This document shows, in pieces, positions 63,181 to 64,000 of a stretch of DNA of 64,000 nucleotides; the first letter of the stretch is position 1; every line of letters begins with the position of its first letter. Under the pieces are notes generated by a model. It was given only the letters and a program-made list of their open reading frames with translations, did not search any database and was not told the DNA's origin. The translations under genes were made by a program, and so were the position numbers. The stretch comes from Batkoa obscura (lineage: Eukaryota), in contig JASVEC010000010.1 in assembly GCA_030770535.1 (NCBI GenBank), positions 1,302,001-1,366,000 of the forward strand. The letters are read 5' to 3'.

Positions 63181-64000
63181 CCTTTTACTTTCGATCCCTT
63201 CTGCCATCAAATTGGATGAACATACGAAAATTTAATACTCCTTTTCCTCTGTTCCTTAGCTTCCTCTTCTTACATTTACTTCTTTTGTTTTCTTACCAGT
63301 TATATCCATCCATTCTTATAAATATTTCTATTGTGATGCTCATATGCCTATCTCCTTTTTTCTTCCTTGACGACAACTCATTTACAACAGATTCTCCCAT
63401 CTTGTTCAATGAAAAACTTTAATGTAATCTAAAACTATCTCTAAGTTCTGTAACCCAACTCTACCTCCCTTACTTATTCCATCTATTTCTCATCCCATAT
63501 CTTTAATTATAGACTACCCTGTTACTCCTTTTACTCCTCCTTAGCCTTTTAATGTTCTTGAAATAAAACACTAAAATGATACTACTACTAAATTTTAAAA
63601 AAATTAAGAGGTGAAAAGCATTGTAAGCTAATGAATCAAATAGTTTTACTAAAGTTAGTCACGAATGTATGGAGGAAAGTCAAAGAATGTAAATATAAAT
63701 CTATTAAGAATTTTAATGACGAGATTAATGTCATTTATGAATATATGAAATTTAAAATTTATTGAATGATTGTTTTTTGAGATGGAAAGAAAATACAATG
63801 TAAAATTGCCATCAATTCTATTATTAGTAGTTTTTCTTTATAATTATATATCAAATATAATTAATCTAATTGATACGGAGTCTTTTGCACATTATATTTA
63901 AAATAAAAAAATATACCAATGTAAAAAAGGGATTTTTATCTTCCCTTTAAACCATTTTTATCAAACTTTTTGATTTACCATCATATGGGGATGTATTTAT

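Noticed and set aside
6408..63990. Dispersed ~100-bp repeats as a CRISPR-like or regulatory array
   Set aside because: Irregular spacing, both orientations, TIRs and 4-bp TSDs identify them as MITEs; no spacer periodicity and no cas genes.

Overview
AT-rich eukaryotic DNA with short (about 36-60 nt) GT-AG introns. It is most consistent with an early-diverging fungus (Entomophthoromycotina/Conidiobolus-like; this is an inference, not a database result). The window is a transposon-rich array of about 15 paralogous 7-TM receptor genes (Git3/cAMP-receptor-like fungal GPCRs; about 11 near-complete, 4 relics). It surrounds a TE-free housekeeping island at about 31.4-37.1 kb: an intronless bacterial-type glycyl-tRNA synthetase, VPS28, a DNL zinc-finger/Zim17-like gene and a secreted M64 metallopeptidase. 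An Ssh4/Ear1-like SPRY gene and two ABCB pseudogenes are also present. Mobile DNA comprises a roughly 2.5-kb Sola2-like DDD transposon (three intact-ORF copies plus chimeric or decayed ones), about 35 copies of a roughly 100-bp MITE built from the two Sola ends, and eight roughly 460-bp TGT...ACA solo-LTR-like elements. The main discovery candidate is two convergent GPCR pairs (12694-17548 and 51410-55912). Within each pair the ligand-facing part is (near-)identical, from the ATG to the end of TM5 at nucleotide level and again over TM6-ECL3-TM7. ICL3 and the C-tail instead belong to two distinct types (A and B) that are conserved between the pairs. This is a 'paired receptor' architecture, and it may also be an invertible promoter/tail switch. 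A second notable signal is a 7-bp versus 18-bp spacer asymmetry (one helical turn) in the bipartite Sola ends, preserved in the MITE.
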